From contig CALZIJ010000001.1 of the NCBI GenBank assembly GCA_945787655.1, positions 1,726 to 65,725 of the forward strand: 64,000 bases of DNA. Direction: 5' to 3'. The notes beneath the pieces are model-generated. The model had not been told where the DNA came from, did no database searches, and saw nothing but the letters and a program-made list of their open reading frames with translations. Below, piece after piece: positions 9,727 to 20,756 of this stretch. How positions within the stretch are numbered: the stretch's first letter is position 1; every line of letters begins with the position of its first letter. Made by a program: the position numbers and the translations under genes. This stretch comes from Nitrospiria bacterium. Its GTDB lineage: Bacteria > Nitrospirota > Nitrospiria > SBBL01 > JAADHI01.

Positions 9727-10545
9727 TCAAGGAGACTTTACGCAACGAAACCCCAAATCTGCATAAGCCTCTTCAGGCACCAGGGAAGAGCGATAAGCGG
9801 TCCGGTAAAAGAGAGGAAGAGAATAATGTCCGATACCGCCCCACCCGCCACCACGGAATACCTTTTGTTTTTCACCATACAGAACACTTTTGTAGGTTCC
9901 GTCCTCGTAGGGCTGATACCAGTCTGAAGTCCATTCCCAAACATTCCCGGACATGTCGTGTGCACCGTAAGGACTCACCCCACCCTCAAAAGAGCCGACC
10001 GGCGCGACATCTCCGATCCCCGAATCTCCGGCATTTAACTTCTTCTTGTCATAATCATTACCCCAGGGAAATTCCCGGCCGTCCGTCCCCCGAGCCGCTT
10101 TTTCCCATTCCGCTTCAGTCGGCAAACGTTTTCCCAGCCACTCACAGTATCGTGTCGCCTCATACCAGTTTATGTCGGTCACTGGATAGCCCTCCCGGCC
10201 GGGCGGCACACCTCGGCCAAAAAAATACACGGGAGGACGAGAGCGTGTATCGTCAATAAAAAGTTTGTATTCAGCGTTGGTCACCTCGTAACGGTCAATA
10301 TAAAACAAGGGCAGGTGGTGTTGATGCTTAGGATGTTCATCAAGATACCAGGGTTTCAGCGTGCCAAGTTCGTTTCCTTGCTGGTGCTCATCCACCTTGT
10401 CACTGCCACGAATAAACTTTCCGGCAGGCACTGCCACCATGCCCGGCGGCGGTGGCTCCAGGGGCATTTTCAATAGACAACTGGAAATCATGGCACCGAA
10501 AAAAAGGACCGCACTGGTAAAGCAGACTGTATGTTTTATTTTCAT
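9727..10545 (-). CDS. periplasmic formylglycine-generating-enzyme (FGE/SUMF1) domain protein, paralog 1
   Basis: It has the same 272-aa length and the same motifs as the neighbouring gene, and aligns to it without gaps. Confidence 0.85.
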   Translation of the reverse strand: MKIKHTVCFTSAVLFFGAMISSCLLKMPLEPPPPGMVAVPAGKFIRGSDKVDEHQQGNELGTLKPWYLDEHPKHQHHLPLFYIDRYEVTNAEYKLFIDDTRSRPPVYFFGRGVPPGREGYPVTDINWYEATRYCEWLGKRLPTEAEWEKAARGTDGREFPWGNDYDKKKLNAGDSGIGDVAPVGSFEGGVSPYGAHDMSGNVWEWTSDWYQPYEDGTYKSVLYGEKQKVFRGGGWGGIGHYSLPLFYRTAYRSSLVPEEAYADLGFRCVKSP

Positions 10546-10651
10546 GAGGGCATCATAATCACTCCAGTTCAGCGGGTCAAGGGTTCACGCCCTATTGCGT
10601 AGAATAAGCCGTTCTCTGTCGATTTGATTTTGATCGTCCATGTACGCATTT

Positions 10652-11692
10652 TTAGAACTGTACAATACTCGAAAAAATGAACCGTTTCTCATTAAATTCC
10701 ACAAAAGGATCAGTCGACCGGGTCCACATTTCTTCAAGACCACTTCTTAACATAAGATTGGGAAAAGGTTTGTAGACGGCCTCAATGGAGGCCCAATGGT
10801 TTTTATCCCGCCGTCCAAAATGAATGGGATCGCTTTCATCCGCAGAAAATCTCTTGTGCTTGAAGCGGTATCGCATAAGGACCTGCACGGTCGATAAAAC
10901 CTCATACCGGATTTGAATCGAAAAAATGACCGCACGATAGGAAATATCATCTCCCCGGCGACAACGCGCCAGTCCGCAGGTAAAGCCCTCATCCATCAAA
11001 AGATTCCGGCATGTGCGTAATACAGCTTCTGAAGTCAGCGGACACTGAACAACAAGGGTGCCCCTATTGGCCTCGCCCCGTTCTAACGCCAAGTCTGAAG
11101 AAACGGCCCATTGTACATTATCGGTATAAAAAAGGGTCGGCCCCAGGGTCATAATCTGTGAGTCCTTGGCATTAAAGTCCGCGTTGTAATTCAAACGGGT
11201 CCACGAAAAATAGACCCCCGCTTCGCCCCAAGTCATCTCCCTGTCAAGGTACAGGCTGATACTGCTGGAGGACAATTCAAACGGCTGACGGCTCCGATCT
11301 TCTTTGTCTAAAGGGGCCGATGGGGCAAGGGTCAGAAAAGCGCTGAAATAAAATTCATCCTCCAGGGGAGTTTCCAAACCGACTTCGTAAAAATAGTGCG
11401 TTAAGTTTTTATTTTCCCTGTATCGGTTAAGCGCCCCCAGGGCACTAAACATCGTTTCTCCCATTCGTGCATTCAATAAAATACTGGATTCTATAATTTC
11501 ATCGGACACCCTGTTTTCCTTGTCCTGAAAAATATTGTCATCAAAGACCAGTCCAAATTCAATTTCCCCACTCCAGCGGGGCAGGGTTTCATCATCCTCA
11601 AAATAAATTTGCGCGGCAGCCCATGTGGGAAAAAGGAACAAAAGGGCGCCGATAAAAAACAGACCGAACTGGACATCTTTGTTCAAAAACAA
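10652..11692 (-). CDS. predicted outer-membrane beta-barrel protein (uncharacterised)
   Basis: The signal peptide ends in AAAQ. The sequence shows an alternating amphipathic pattern and ends in the OMP-type C-terminal Phe (IVQF). A four-Cys segment is inserted internally. Confidence 0.55.
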   Translation of the reverse strand: MFLNKDVQFGLFFIGALLFLFPTWAAAQIYFEDDETLPRWSGEIEFGLVFDDNIFQDKENRVSDEIIESSILLNARMGETMFSALGALNRYRENKNLTHYFYEVGLETPLEDEFYFSAFLTLAPSAPLDKEDRSRQPFELSSSSISLYLDREMTWGEAGVYFSWTRLNYNADFNAKDSQIMTLGPTLFYTDNVQWAVSSDLALERGEANRGTLVVQCPLTSEAVLRTCRNLLMDEGFTCGLARCRRGDDISYRAVIFSIQIRYEVLSTVQVLMRYRFKHKRFSADESDPIHFGRRDKNHWASIEAVYKPFPNLMLRSGLEEMWTRSTDPFVEFNEKRFIFSSIVQF

Positions 11693-11757
11693 CTCCAGGG
11701 CTCAGAAAACACACGAATTTTCAACAGGCAGGTGCATTTCAGAAAACAGTCAGATCA

Positions 11758-13440
11758 TCACCCCTGAATTGCGCCGGGCAGGGTCGGTTTGGTCTTGTTT
11801 ATGACTTGATGGTAAAGCGGCAGATACTGCTCTTCCAGCACCTTTTCCCAGGTAAAGTGGCTATAGATATTCTGAATGGCCTTAAGTTGGATCGATCGGA
11901 GTTGTTTTTTCCCCGGAGTACGGTAAACCTTTATAGCGCGTTTCATTGCGAGTAACAACTCTTCTTTTCCGCCCAAATAAGAAAAACCGGTTTGGGCATC
12001 CACAGTTTTCACCAGCCCGCCGACTTGATGAACAATGGGAATATTTCCGTTGAGTTGTGCAATAAAATCCGTTAAACCACAAGGCTCGTATTGTGACGGA
12101 ATCAGGAAAAAATCCCCGGCTGCAAAAATACGATGGGCATTTTCTTCGCTGTATCCGTCAATAAAGCACACCCGCCCTTTAAACTGCTGCGTAAGCGCAA
12201 TGAACTGTTTAACAATCTCTGGGCTGCCATTTCCCAGCCCCAAAAGAGAAACCGCTCTCTCTTCTTTTAAAAGGAGACTTAAGGCCTCGTATAAATCACC
12301 AAACCCCTTTTGAAGGGTCAGCCGACCCACAAATGTAAACAGAACCGCTTCGGGATCATTGCGTATCGTCCCATATTTTTGTGCTTCATTCGTGGTTTTG
12401 AATCGATTGATGGCTTCTATCGATTGCTGCTTGCACTGTGCTTTCCCTTCCCAGTCCTTTTTTTCAGGGAAAAAAGGAACCGGCAGACCCTCAAGTAACG
12501 GACTACCCGGATGGTGAGAAGCCACATCGATCCCGTTGGTGATCCCAAGTAGTTCGATACCAAGCCCCGTGTAAGCATGTCCCAGCCAGCCCGTTTTTGC
12601 ATCCAGCCCGGTTTCACGTAACTCTCTCGCGTAATTTTCACTCACGGTATTGACTGCTGTGCCAAACACTGCGCCCGCCAATAAAGGGTCAAATGCCTCG
12701 TTTAAAGTACATCGGGGAATCAGGGTTTTCCCCTTTTCACTGGAAAGCCCGCAGATCGCCTGCGCATAATCCAGGCTTTGTGTTTCCTGATGATACCCCG
12801 AACCGGCGTTGTGAAGGGTCAGCAATGTCGGTATATGCGCAAGAGACGGGGCATATCCTTCCTCGGAGCATTGGGCGATCAAAGGGAACAGGGCGGCATG
12901 GCCATCGTGGCAATGCACAATATCCGGCCGCCAGGAAACCTGGGCTAACAGCATCAAGGCCGATTTTACCAATAACACATTTTGGGCAAACGCATCAGAA
13001 TACCCCTGCCCTTCCAAAAGAGGGCGCCCCAAAGCGGCCGCCTCATCTTTTGTATATTGATAAATTCCCTGCCGGGGAATCTTCTGCTCCGGCATCTCAG
13101 CCAAGTATTGAAAAGGGTCGGCCTTGATCAGATAAAGCGTCAGCTTCGGTGAGATTTTACAACTCGATACCACAACCGTTTCCGGATGCGCATAGCTGCC
13201 ATAATTCATGGGGACAAGAAATGTGCAATATCGGCGTGCGTTCAGTTGATGCCGGGCCAGGTATGCATCCACTTTCCGGTAGTGCGGCAACACCATGGCC
13301 ACTGCGATTCCTTTCTCCGCAGAAGCCCTGGAAAGCCCCCAGGTCACGTCCTTGATGCCGCCGGCGCCGGCGATCGGTCCAAATTCACGGGCAATGTGCA
13401 AAACACGCCGTATTTTTTGTTTTTGCGAACGGGAGTTCAC
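11758..13440 (-). CDS. glgA: glycogen/starch synthase family glycosyltransferase (long form, 560 aa)
   Basis: The N-terminal AGAGGIKDVTWGL matches the K-x-GG-type motif. The C-terminal half has GT-B motifs (FVGRLTLQKG, IPSQYEPCGL). Confidence 0.8.
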   Translation of the reverse strand: MNSRSQKQKIRRVLHIAREFGPIAGAGGIKDVTWGLSRASAEKGIAVAMVLPHYRKVDAYLARHQLNARRYCTFLVPMNYGSYAHPETVVVSSCKISPKLTLYLIKADPFQYLAEMPEQKIPRQGIYQYTKDEAAALGRPLLEGQGYSDAFAQNVLLVKSALMLLAQVSWRPDIVHCHDGHAALFPLIAQCSEEGYAPSLAHIPTLLTLHNAGSGYHQETQSLDYAQAICGLSSEKGKTLIPRCTLNEAFDPLLAGAVFGTAVNTVSENYARELRETGLDAKTGWLGHAYTGLGIELLGITNGIDVASHHPGSPLLEGLPVPFFPEKKDWEGKAQCKQQSIEAINRFKTTNEAQKYGTIRNDPEAVLFTFVGRLTLQKGFGDLYEALSLLLKEERAVSLLGLGNGSPEIVKQFIALTQQFKGRVCFIDGYSEENAHRIFAAGDFFLIPSQYEPCGLTDFIAQLNGNIPIVHQVGGLVKTVDAQTGFSYLGGKEELLLAMKRAIKVYRTPGKKQLRSIQLKAIQNIYSHFTWEKVLEEQYLPLYHQVINKTKPTLPGAIQG

Positions 13441-13507
13441 GCTGAAATAATCTGCTCGAAGATTAATTCTTCTCGAATCAATTCATCATCATGCAAAAGG
13501 AAATCCG

Positions 13508-13861
13508 CTATTTTTTTCTACACTCTGCCTTAAAGGCAAGAAAGGCCAATACATCAAGGCGGGCATCCTGGAGTTCCGGATGTTCCTGGATGTATCGGGT
13601 CAGTGTTTCCTCAAATTGCTCAGGCCCCATTTTTTCAATACATTTCGATAACCAGGGCACAATCGCCTGTTCATCGGCCATCGGCCTGACAATCGACATG
13701 CCATGTACAAAACCGTTGACATAAAACGTTCGGATCGGTGCCTCCAGTTTAAGATAGATCCGTCCGGAAAAACCTTCCGCCGCGGTGGAAACATCAACCG
13801 GACCCGCTGTAAACACCGCGAACAATACAAAACCTGTAAAAAAAAGACGTCCAACTTTCAT
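13508..13861 (-). CDS. hypothetical secreted protein
   Basis: From ATG 13861 the signal peptide reads MKVGRLFFTGFVLFAVFTAG. The ORF is open up to 13915, where it would overlap the trpS stop by 4 nt. Confidence 0.45.
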   Translation of the reverse strand: MKVGRLFFTGFVLFAVFTAGPVDVSTAAEGFSGRIYLKLEAPIRTFYVNGFVHGMSIVRPMADEQAIVPWLSKCIEKMGPEQFEETLTRYIQEHPELQDARLDVLAFLAFKAECRKK

Positions 13862-13911
13862 GAAACCATCATTCCTTTCAAAATAATAAACCTGACCCGG
13901 AGCGGCATGGC

Positions 13912-14958
<1,047 letters not shown>

Positions 14959-15055
14959 TTATTATGGCCGCAGGTTATGGGGGTGTCAAGCGTTGATCGA
15001 ACTCAAAGGGCGCTTAAATCATCTTCTATTCAAGCCTATTCAACTGAGCCGTCTA

Positions 15056-15085
15056 TTGAAAGAGCGCATGGGGTTTAGCTATAAT
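15056..15085 (+). promoter_or_regulatory. sigma70-like promoter
   Basis: TTGAAA (15056-15061), an 18-nt spacer, then TATAAT (15080-15085), about 40 nt upstream of the next CDS. Confidence 0.45.
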
Positions 15086-15125
15086 AAAACATTGGCTTGC
15101 CAACTTTCCTAGGGATACAAGTGCC

Positions 15126-15572
15126 ATGCGCCATGAACCCAAAAAATCCTTCCGATGTCTCTCTTTCTTCCACCTGGCTTTAATACTGTCTCTTGCTTTT
15201 ATGATAGCGCCGTCCGCCGAGGGAAAAACACAAACCCAGGAAATCCAGACCCTCATTCGACAGCAACTGGAAGCCTTTAATGAGGAGGATTATTTCTCGG
15301 CATATCAATATGCCTCCAGGCATATTCAATCCGAGTTTACGCTCAAGGAATTTGAGATGATGGTGAGAACGGGATACCCGCAAATCGCAAAGTCAAAACA
15401 ATCGCGTTTTGGGGACATTGAATTATTTGATGAGGGGCGTCACGCCCGCGCCATCGTCCACGTGACCGGTGCAGATCATGTGACCATCATCACACAATAT
15501 CGCTTGATCTACGAAGACGGTGCCTGGAGAAATAATGGGGTCATGATACTGGATCGCAACCGACCGATATAA
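15126..15572 (+). CDS. DUF4864-like secreted protein
   Basis: A signal peptide is followed by IRQQLEAFNEEDYFSAYQYAS, resembling DUF4864 (NTF2-like). This assignment is from memory only. Confidence 0.5.
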   Translation: MRHEPKKSFRCLSFFHLALILSLAFMIAPSAEGKTQTQEIQTLIRQQLEAFNEEDYFSAYQYASRHIQSEFTLKEFEMMVRTGYPQIAKSKQSRFGDIELFDEGRHARAIVHVTGADHVTIITQYRLIYEDGAWRNNGVMILDRNRPI

Positions 15573-15700
15573 GCTGTCCCCATTAAGACACACCTCCACA
15601 TACCCATTGTCAATAGCCGCCTCAAAACCGCTTTAATTAAACCTGATAAAAACACGCCTGCACCCCCTGAACGCATACTCCACATGCCTCTTTCTCTTGC

Positions 15701-15729
15701 TTGACAATCTATACCGCTCGTCCTACGAT
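15701..15729 (+). promoter_or_regulatory. sigma70-like promoter upstream of relA/spoT
   Basis: TTGACA (15701-15706), a 17-nt spacer, then TACGAT (15724-15729). Confidence 0.45.
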
Positions 15730-15781
15730 TAGGGACAAGGGGACAATCTGACGTAATTACACGGAGTGCAATCGAAATTTA

Positions 15782-17962
15782 ATGGTAACCAAAGTCAGTA
15801 AAATGAAACAAAAGCGAGCCGCCCAGGTCTCGGTTGATGTGCTCGTAAAACAAATCCGTTCCTATACAAGGGAGGTGGATGTCCCTCTGCTCACCAAGGC
15901 CTATGAATTTGCCGACAAAGCCCATCAGGGACAACAGCGCCAATCAGGAGAGCCTTATTTAAGGCATCCCTTTGCAGTCGCCAAAATCTTGACCGAGTTG
16001 AAACTTGATGTGCCTTCGGTCGCCGCCGGACTGCTGCACGATGTCGTCGAGGATACCGATTATACGCCAGAGGATATTAAAGCCGAGTTTGGAGAAACCA
16101 TTGCATCCCTGGTCGAAGGGGTCACCAAAATTGGGAAAATCGTCTTTAAAAATACTCAGGAAAAACAAGCGGAAAATTTCAGAAAAATGATTGTGTCCAT
16201 GTCGACCGATATCCGTGTCCTCCTGATCAAACTGGCCGACCGGCTTCACAATATGCGGACTTTAGACGCGCTTGCAGAGGAAAAAAAGGACCGAATCGCC
16301 AAAGAAACCCTGGAAATTTATGCACCGCTTGCAAACCGGCTGGGCATTGGGTGGATCAAGTCGGAACTCGAAGACCTTTGTTTGCATGCCATGAAGCCGG
16401 ATATCTATCAAAGTCTCCAGAAAGACGTTAAAGCGGGCAGCGGCGGACGAAAGCGCTATATTAAATCTGTTGTCGGCATCATCAATAAAACCCTGAAAGA
16501 AAATCATTTCAAATGTGAAGTTTACGGCCGTTCAAAACACCTTTTCGGTATTTATCGCAAGATGGAGCGTCAGGGGATTCCTTTCGAGGAAATCTATGAC
16601 TTGATGGCAGTCCGTATTATTACCGATACGAAAATGAATTGTTACGCGATTTTAGGGCTCATTCATTCTCTGTGGCGGCCTGTTCCGGGGCGCTTTAAAG
16701 ATTATATCGCCATCCCAAAATCCAATTTATATCAATCCTTGCACACTACGGTCATCGGCCCGGAAGGCAAGCACGTGGAATTCCAGATCCGGACGGAAGA
16801 AATGCACAAAATTGCCGAAGACGGGATTGCCTCTCACTGGGTCTATAAAGACGGCGGTCAGATCAATTCAAAAGACGAGCAGGTTTTTGCCTGGCTGCGC
16901 CAGCTTCTTGAATGGCAGCGTGACCTTCCCGACACCCGGCAGTTTATGACATCGGTGAAAGCAGACCTTTTCCCCAATGTGGTTTTTGCCTTCACCCCTA
17001 AAGGAGATTTGAAGGAATTAATTAAGGGATCAACCCCTATTGATTTTGCTTATGCCGTTCATACCGAGGTCGGGGACCACTGTGTTGGAGCAAAAATAAA
17101 CGGCGTTATTACCCCCTTGCGCCAGGCGATTAAAAACGGGGACACCGTGGAAATTATGACCTCATCGTCACATATGCCCAGCCGCGACTGGTTAAAATTT
17201 GTCAAAACCTCAAAAGCCAAAGCAAAAATAAAACACTTTATCGGATTGGAAGAACGCGCACAAAGTTTGGCTTTAGGACGTAAAATACTGGAGCGGGAAG
17301 CCAGAAAGGAAAAATTAAGCCCCACAGAAGTGATGAAATCCAAGGAAATTTTAAACGCAGGCAGGGAACAGGGCATCACCACTATCGGTGATTTGCTGAT
17401 TGCCATTGGCTATGGAAAAATCTCGGCCCAACATGTCATTCGTCAGCTCCTGCCTCAATCCAAAATCAAAGAAGGCATCACCGAAAAAATCATCCGAAAA
17501 ACCGGGATCGGCCGAAGTGATGTCAAAGTTAAAGGAGTCGGGGATATTTTAATTCATCTCTCAAAATGCTGTAACCCCGTACCCGGCGAAGAAATCATCG
17601 GATTTATCACCCGCGGCCGGGGGCTTTCCATCCATACAGTCAATTGTCCCAATATAGACGAGCTCGATTGTGACCGGGAACGGCTCGTCGCTGTTGATTG
17701 GGATAAAAAACATTCCCAGTCTCATGCCATCGACATATCCGTACTGACTCTGGACCGACCGGGGCTTTTGGCGGCTGTCACCGCCGCGATATCGGAGACC
17801 GGGGCCAATATCAAACACGCCGATATTAAAACGACTGAAGACCAGAAAGGTAATTTTAACCTCGTTGTCGATATCGAAAATATCAGACATCTAGAAAAAG
17901 TCCTAAAAAAAATCGAAAGCCTGGACGGGGTGCTTCAAGCCCGCCGCGTACACAAAGGTTAG
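15782..17962 (+). CDS. spoT: bifunctional (p)ppGpp synthetase/hydrolase RelA/SpoT (Rel)
   Basis: The HD hydrolase domain is present (HPFAVA, LHDVVEDT, DRLHNMRTL). The synthetase domain (RSKHLFGIYRKM), TGS and C-terminal ACT regions follow. Confidence 0.93.
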   Translation: MVTKVSKMKQKRAAQVSVDVLVKQIRSYTREVDVPLLTKAYEFADKAHQGQQRQSGEPYLRHPFAVAKILTELKLDVPSVAAGLLHDVVEDTDYTPEDIKAEFGETIASLVEGVTKIGKIVFKNTQEKQAENFRKMIVSMSTDIRVLLIKLADRLHNMRTLDALAEEKKDRIAKETLEIYAPLANRLGIGWIKSELEDLCLHAMKPDIYQSLQKDVKAGSGGRKRYIKSVVGIINKTLKENHFKCEVYGRSKHLFGIYRKMERQGIPFEEIYDLMAVRIITDTKMNCYAILGLIHSLWRPVPGRFKDYIAIPKSNLYQSLHTTVIGPEGKHVEFQIRTEEMHKIAEDGIASHWVYKDGGQINSKDEQVFAWLRQLLEWQRDLPDTRQFMTSVKADLFPNVVFAFTPKGDLKELIKGSTPIDFAYAVHTEVGDHCVGAKINGVITPLRQAIKNGDTVEIMTSSSHMPSRDWLKFVKTSKAKAKIKHFIGLEERAQSLALGRKILEREARKEKLSPTEVMKSKEILNAGREQGITTIGDLLIAIGYGKISAQHVIRQLLPQSKIKEGITEKIIRKTGIGRSDVKVKGVGDILIHLSKCCNPVPGEEIIGFITRGRGLSIHTVNCPNIDELDCDRERLVAVDWDKKHSQSHAIDISVLTLDRPGLLAAVTAAISETGANIKHADIKTTEDQKGNFNLVVDIENIRHLEKVLKKIESLDGVLQARRVHKG

Positions 17963-17978
17963 GCCCTTCATTTTTAAA

Positions 17979-18007
17979 CTGACAGCTTCAAATTCATCGG
18001 CTATACT
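17979..18007 (+). promoter_or_regulatory. sigma70-like promoter upstream of glgP
   Basis: CTGACA (17979-17984), a 17-nt spacer, then TATACT (18002-18007). Confidence 0.4.
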
Positions 18008-18056
18008 AGCGTCTACGCTTTAATGGTAAGAATTTGTAAAATTAGGAGGATATTTC

Positions 18057-20201
18057 ATGCCGGATGCTTTTAAAATCCCGGAACGGATTAAAAGGCTAAA
18101 AGAGCTGGCCTACAATTTCTGGTGGAGCTGGGACCCGGAGTCCAGAGGGTTATTTGAAGCGCTTGATCGGGTGCTTTGGAACAAGACCCATCACAATCCT
18201 GTCGCCATCCTGCAGGATATTAAACCTGAACGGCTCATGGAAGTTGAGAAAGACCCCACTTTTCTCCGGCATTATGACGGCGTGATTAAAAGCTTTGACT
18301 ACATGTTGGGGCTTAAAGAAACCTGGGTCAAAAAAACCTTTCCGGCCCTGTCCGATCAAACAATCGCCTATTTTTCGGCAGAATTCGGGCTTCACAACTC
18401 ACTCCCCATTTATTCTGGAGGTCTCGGTATCTTGGCCGGGGACCACTGCAAGGAAGCCAGTGAAATCGGGCTTCAACTCATCGGCATCGGATTTTTATAC
18501 CCGCAAGGCTATTTCCACCAGCGGATTCAGGCCGATGGCTGGCAAGAAGCATCCTACCATCCTCTTAACATAAATCGCGTGGCCATCGAACCGGTGACCT
18601 TTCCAGCGACAGGCAAACGCTATCTCCAGATCCCCGTGGGACATCGAACTATCCATATTGCCGCCTGGCAAGTGCGTGTTGGACGGGTTCGGCTTTTTTT
18701 GATGGACACCGACATCCCTGAAAACGAACCCTGGGACCGCGAACTTTCGGCCCGGCTGTACGCAGGCGATGAAGACCTCCGAATTCGCCAGGAAATTGTA
18801 CTGGGCATCGGGGGGGTGCGATTGCTTCGCGCATTAAACATTCAACCGGGAGTCTGGCACTGTAACGAAGGACATACGGCCTTCCAAATGCTGGAGCGTA
18901 TCCGAGAAAAAGTGGCGGATGGCGCACTGTTTGACACCGCGGCGGCTGAAATACGCAAAAAGACCATTTTCACAACCCATACTCCCGTACCCGCGGGCCA
19001 TGACGCATTTCCGCCTTCCCTCATAGAAAAATATTTTTCAAATTATTGGCCGGAGCTGGGCATCGATCAATCCCAGTTTTGGGCGCTGGGGCATCATAAG
19101 GAATCTTGGGGTGAGGCCTTTAACATGACGGTGCTGGCCCTCCATCTTTCTGACGGCAGAAATGCGGTGAGCAAGCAGCATGGCATTGTGAGCCGAAAAA
19201 TGTGGCAGCATCTCTGGCCTGTTTCAAAACAGGAAGACGTCCCGATTTGTTCTATTACCAATGGCATTCATGTGCCCACCTGGATTTCGCCCGAATTAAT
19301 CCGCCTATACCGGCGATATATTGCGCCGGACTGGGTAGAGCGTCAGGATGATCCCGGCCTATGGCAACGGGTCTGCGATATTCCCGATCAGGAACTCTGG
19401 CATACGCGCCAACACATGAAACGGAAACTGCTTAATTTTATCCGTGAACGGGCTAGAACCTCCTGGACACACGACCATATGGAAGCCGCTCAGCTTTTGG
19501 CGGCCGGCACCCTTCTAAACCCGGAAGCCCTGACGATCGGATACGCGCGCCGTTTCGCGGGCTATAAACGCGCCACTCTGATCTTCAAAGACATCCAGCG
19601 CTTAAAAAAAATACTCCAAAACCAAAGGCGGCCCGTTCAGATTATTTTTGCGGGCAAAGCACATCCTGCCGACGATATTGGAAAACATTTGCTACAGGAA
19701 ATTTACAACCTTGCCAAAGACTCCAAAATGGCAGGCCGGGTTGTTTTCGTAGAAAACTACGAAATGCATGTCGCCCATTTTTTGGTACAAGGGGTCGATA
19801 TTTGGTTGAATTCACCTCGCGCGCCGCTTGAAGCAAGCGGGACCAGCGGCATGAAGGCTGCCTTAAACGGGGTGCCTCAACTGAGCATTCCAGACGGCTG
19901 GTGGCCGGAGGCCTATAATGGATCGAATGGCTGGTCTTATGGAGGTGATACGGCGCTCCCCCAGGATGATATGGATGCGGCGGATGCAGAGGCCCTCTAC
20001 GAAATACTGGAAAATGAGGTCATCCCACTTTACTACCGTCGGGATTCGGATAACATTCCACGCGGTTGGACAGACTTGATTAAAGAAACCATCCGGTCTA
20101 TTGTGCCTGCTTTTTCAATGCGGCGAACCGTTAAAGAGTATACCGAAAGACTGTATGCTCCTGCAGTGAATGGCGACTTGCCGCCCAGTGGGCATCAATA
20201 A
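18057..20201 (+). CDS. glgP: alpha-glucan phosphorylase (GT35 family)
   Basis: It has LAYNFWWSWD, YFSAEFG and GGLGILAGDH. EASGTSGMKAALNG contains the PLP-binding lysine. Confidence 0.9.
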   Translation: MPDAFKIPERIKRLKELAYNFWWSWDPESRGLFEALDRVLWNKTHHNPVAILQDIKPERLMEVEKDPTFLRHYDGVIKSFDYMLGLKETWVKKTFPALSDQTIAYFSAEFGLHNSLPIYSGGLGILAGDHCKEASEIGLQLIGIGFLYPQGYFHQRIQADGWQEASYHPLNINRVAIEPVTFPATGKRYLQIPVGHRTIHIAAWQVRVGRVRLFLMDTDIPENEPWDRELSARLYAGDEDLRIRQEIVLGIGGVRLLRALNIQPGVWHCNEGHTAFQMLERIREKVADGALFDTAAAEIRKKTIFTTHTPVPAGHDAFPPSLIEKYFSNYWPELGIDQSQFWALGHHKESWGEAFNMTVLALHLSDGRNAVSKQHGIVSRKMWQHLWPVSKQEDVPICSITNGIHVPTWISPELIRLYRRYIAPDWVERQDDPGLWQRVCDIPDQELWHTRQHMKRKLLNFIRERARTSWTHDHMEAAQLLAAGTLLNPEALTIGYARRFAGYKRATLIFKDIQRLKKILQNQRRPVQIIFAGKAHPADDIGKHLLQEIYNLAKDSKMAGRVVFVENYEMHVAHFLVQGVDIWLNSPRAPLEASGTSGMKAALNGVPQLSIPDGWWPEAYNGSNGWSYGGDTALPQDDMDAADAEALYEILENEVIPLYYRRDSDNIPRGWTDLIKETIRSIVPAFSMRRTVKEYTERLYAPAVNGDLPPSGHQ

Positions 20202-20741
20202 GTGGACCTCGAAGAAATCTTTCTACGAAAAAAAACGGTCTACGAGGGCCGTTATCTCCGTGCTGAAGAACAGGTTTTTCAGCAGCCAAACGGGAAAGAA
20301 GCCACCAGAGAAATCATCGCCCCGCCCGATGCGGTCGGCGTCCTGCCGATTGATCAAAATGGACAGGTTTATCTCGTGCGTCAATACCGGCCTGCGATCC
20401 AAAAAATTACATTGGAAATCCCCGCCGGCGTCATTGACAAGGGAGAAAAACCCATTGAAACAGCAGGGAGAGAATGCCGTGAAGAAATCGGGTTTTTACC
20501 TGAGCGGCTCGATTTTCTTTTTATGTACTACCATTCAGTCGGGTTTTCAACCGGGAAAATAGAAGTTTTTTTAGGACGGGAACTTAAACCGTTTCAGGAG
20601 CAAGTCCTGGACGATGGAGAATTTATAGAAGTTGTGGTCCTTCCGTTTGAAGAGGCTTACCAACAAGCACGCTCAGGGAAAATTATCGATAGTAAAACCC
20701 TGCTTTCCTTTCTTTGGTACAAACAAAGTTTTTCTTCTTAA
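20202..20741 (+). CDS. NUDIX hydrolase (ADP-ribose pyrophosphatase-like)
   Basis: The Nudix box is GVIDKGEKPIETAGRECREEIGF. The GTG start lies immediately after the glgP stop. Confidence 0.85.
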   Translation: MDLEEIFLRKKTVYEGRYLRAEEQVFQQPNGKEATREIIAPPDAVGVLPIDQNGQVYLVRQYRPAIQKITLEIPAGVIDKGEKPIETAGRECREEIGFLPERLDFLFMYYHSVGFSTGKIEVFLGRELKPFQEQVLDDGEFIEVVVLPFEEAYQQARSGKIIDSKTLLSFLWYKQSFSS

Positions 20742-20756
20742 AAAAAATCCGGTTTT

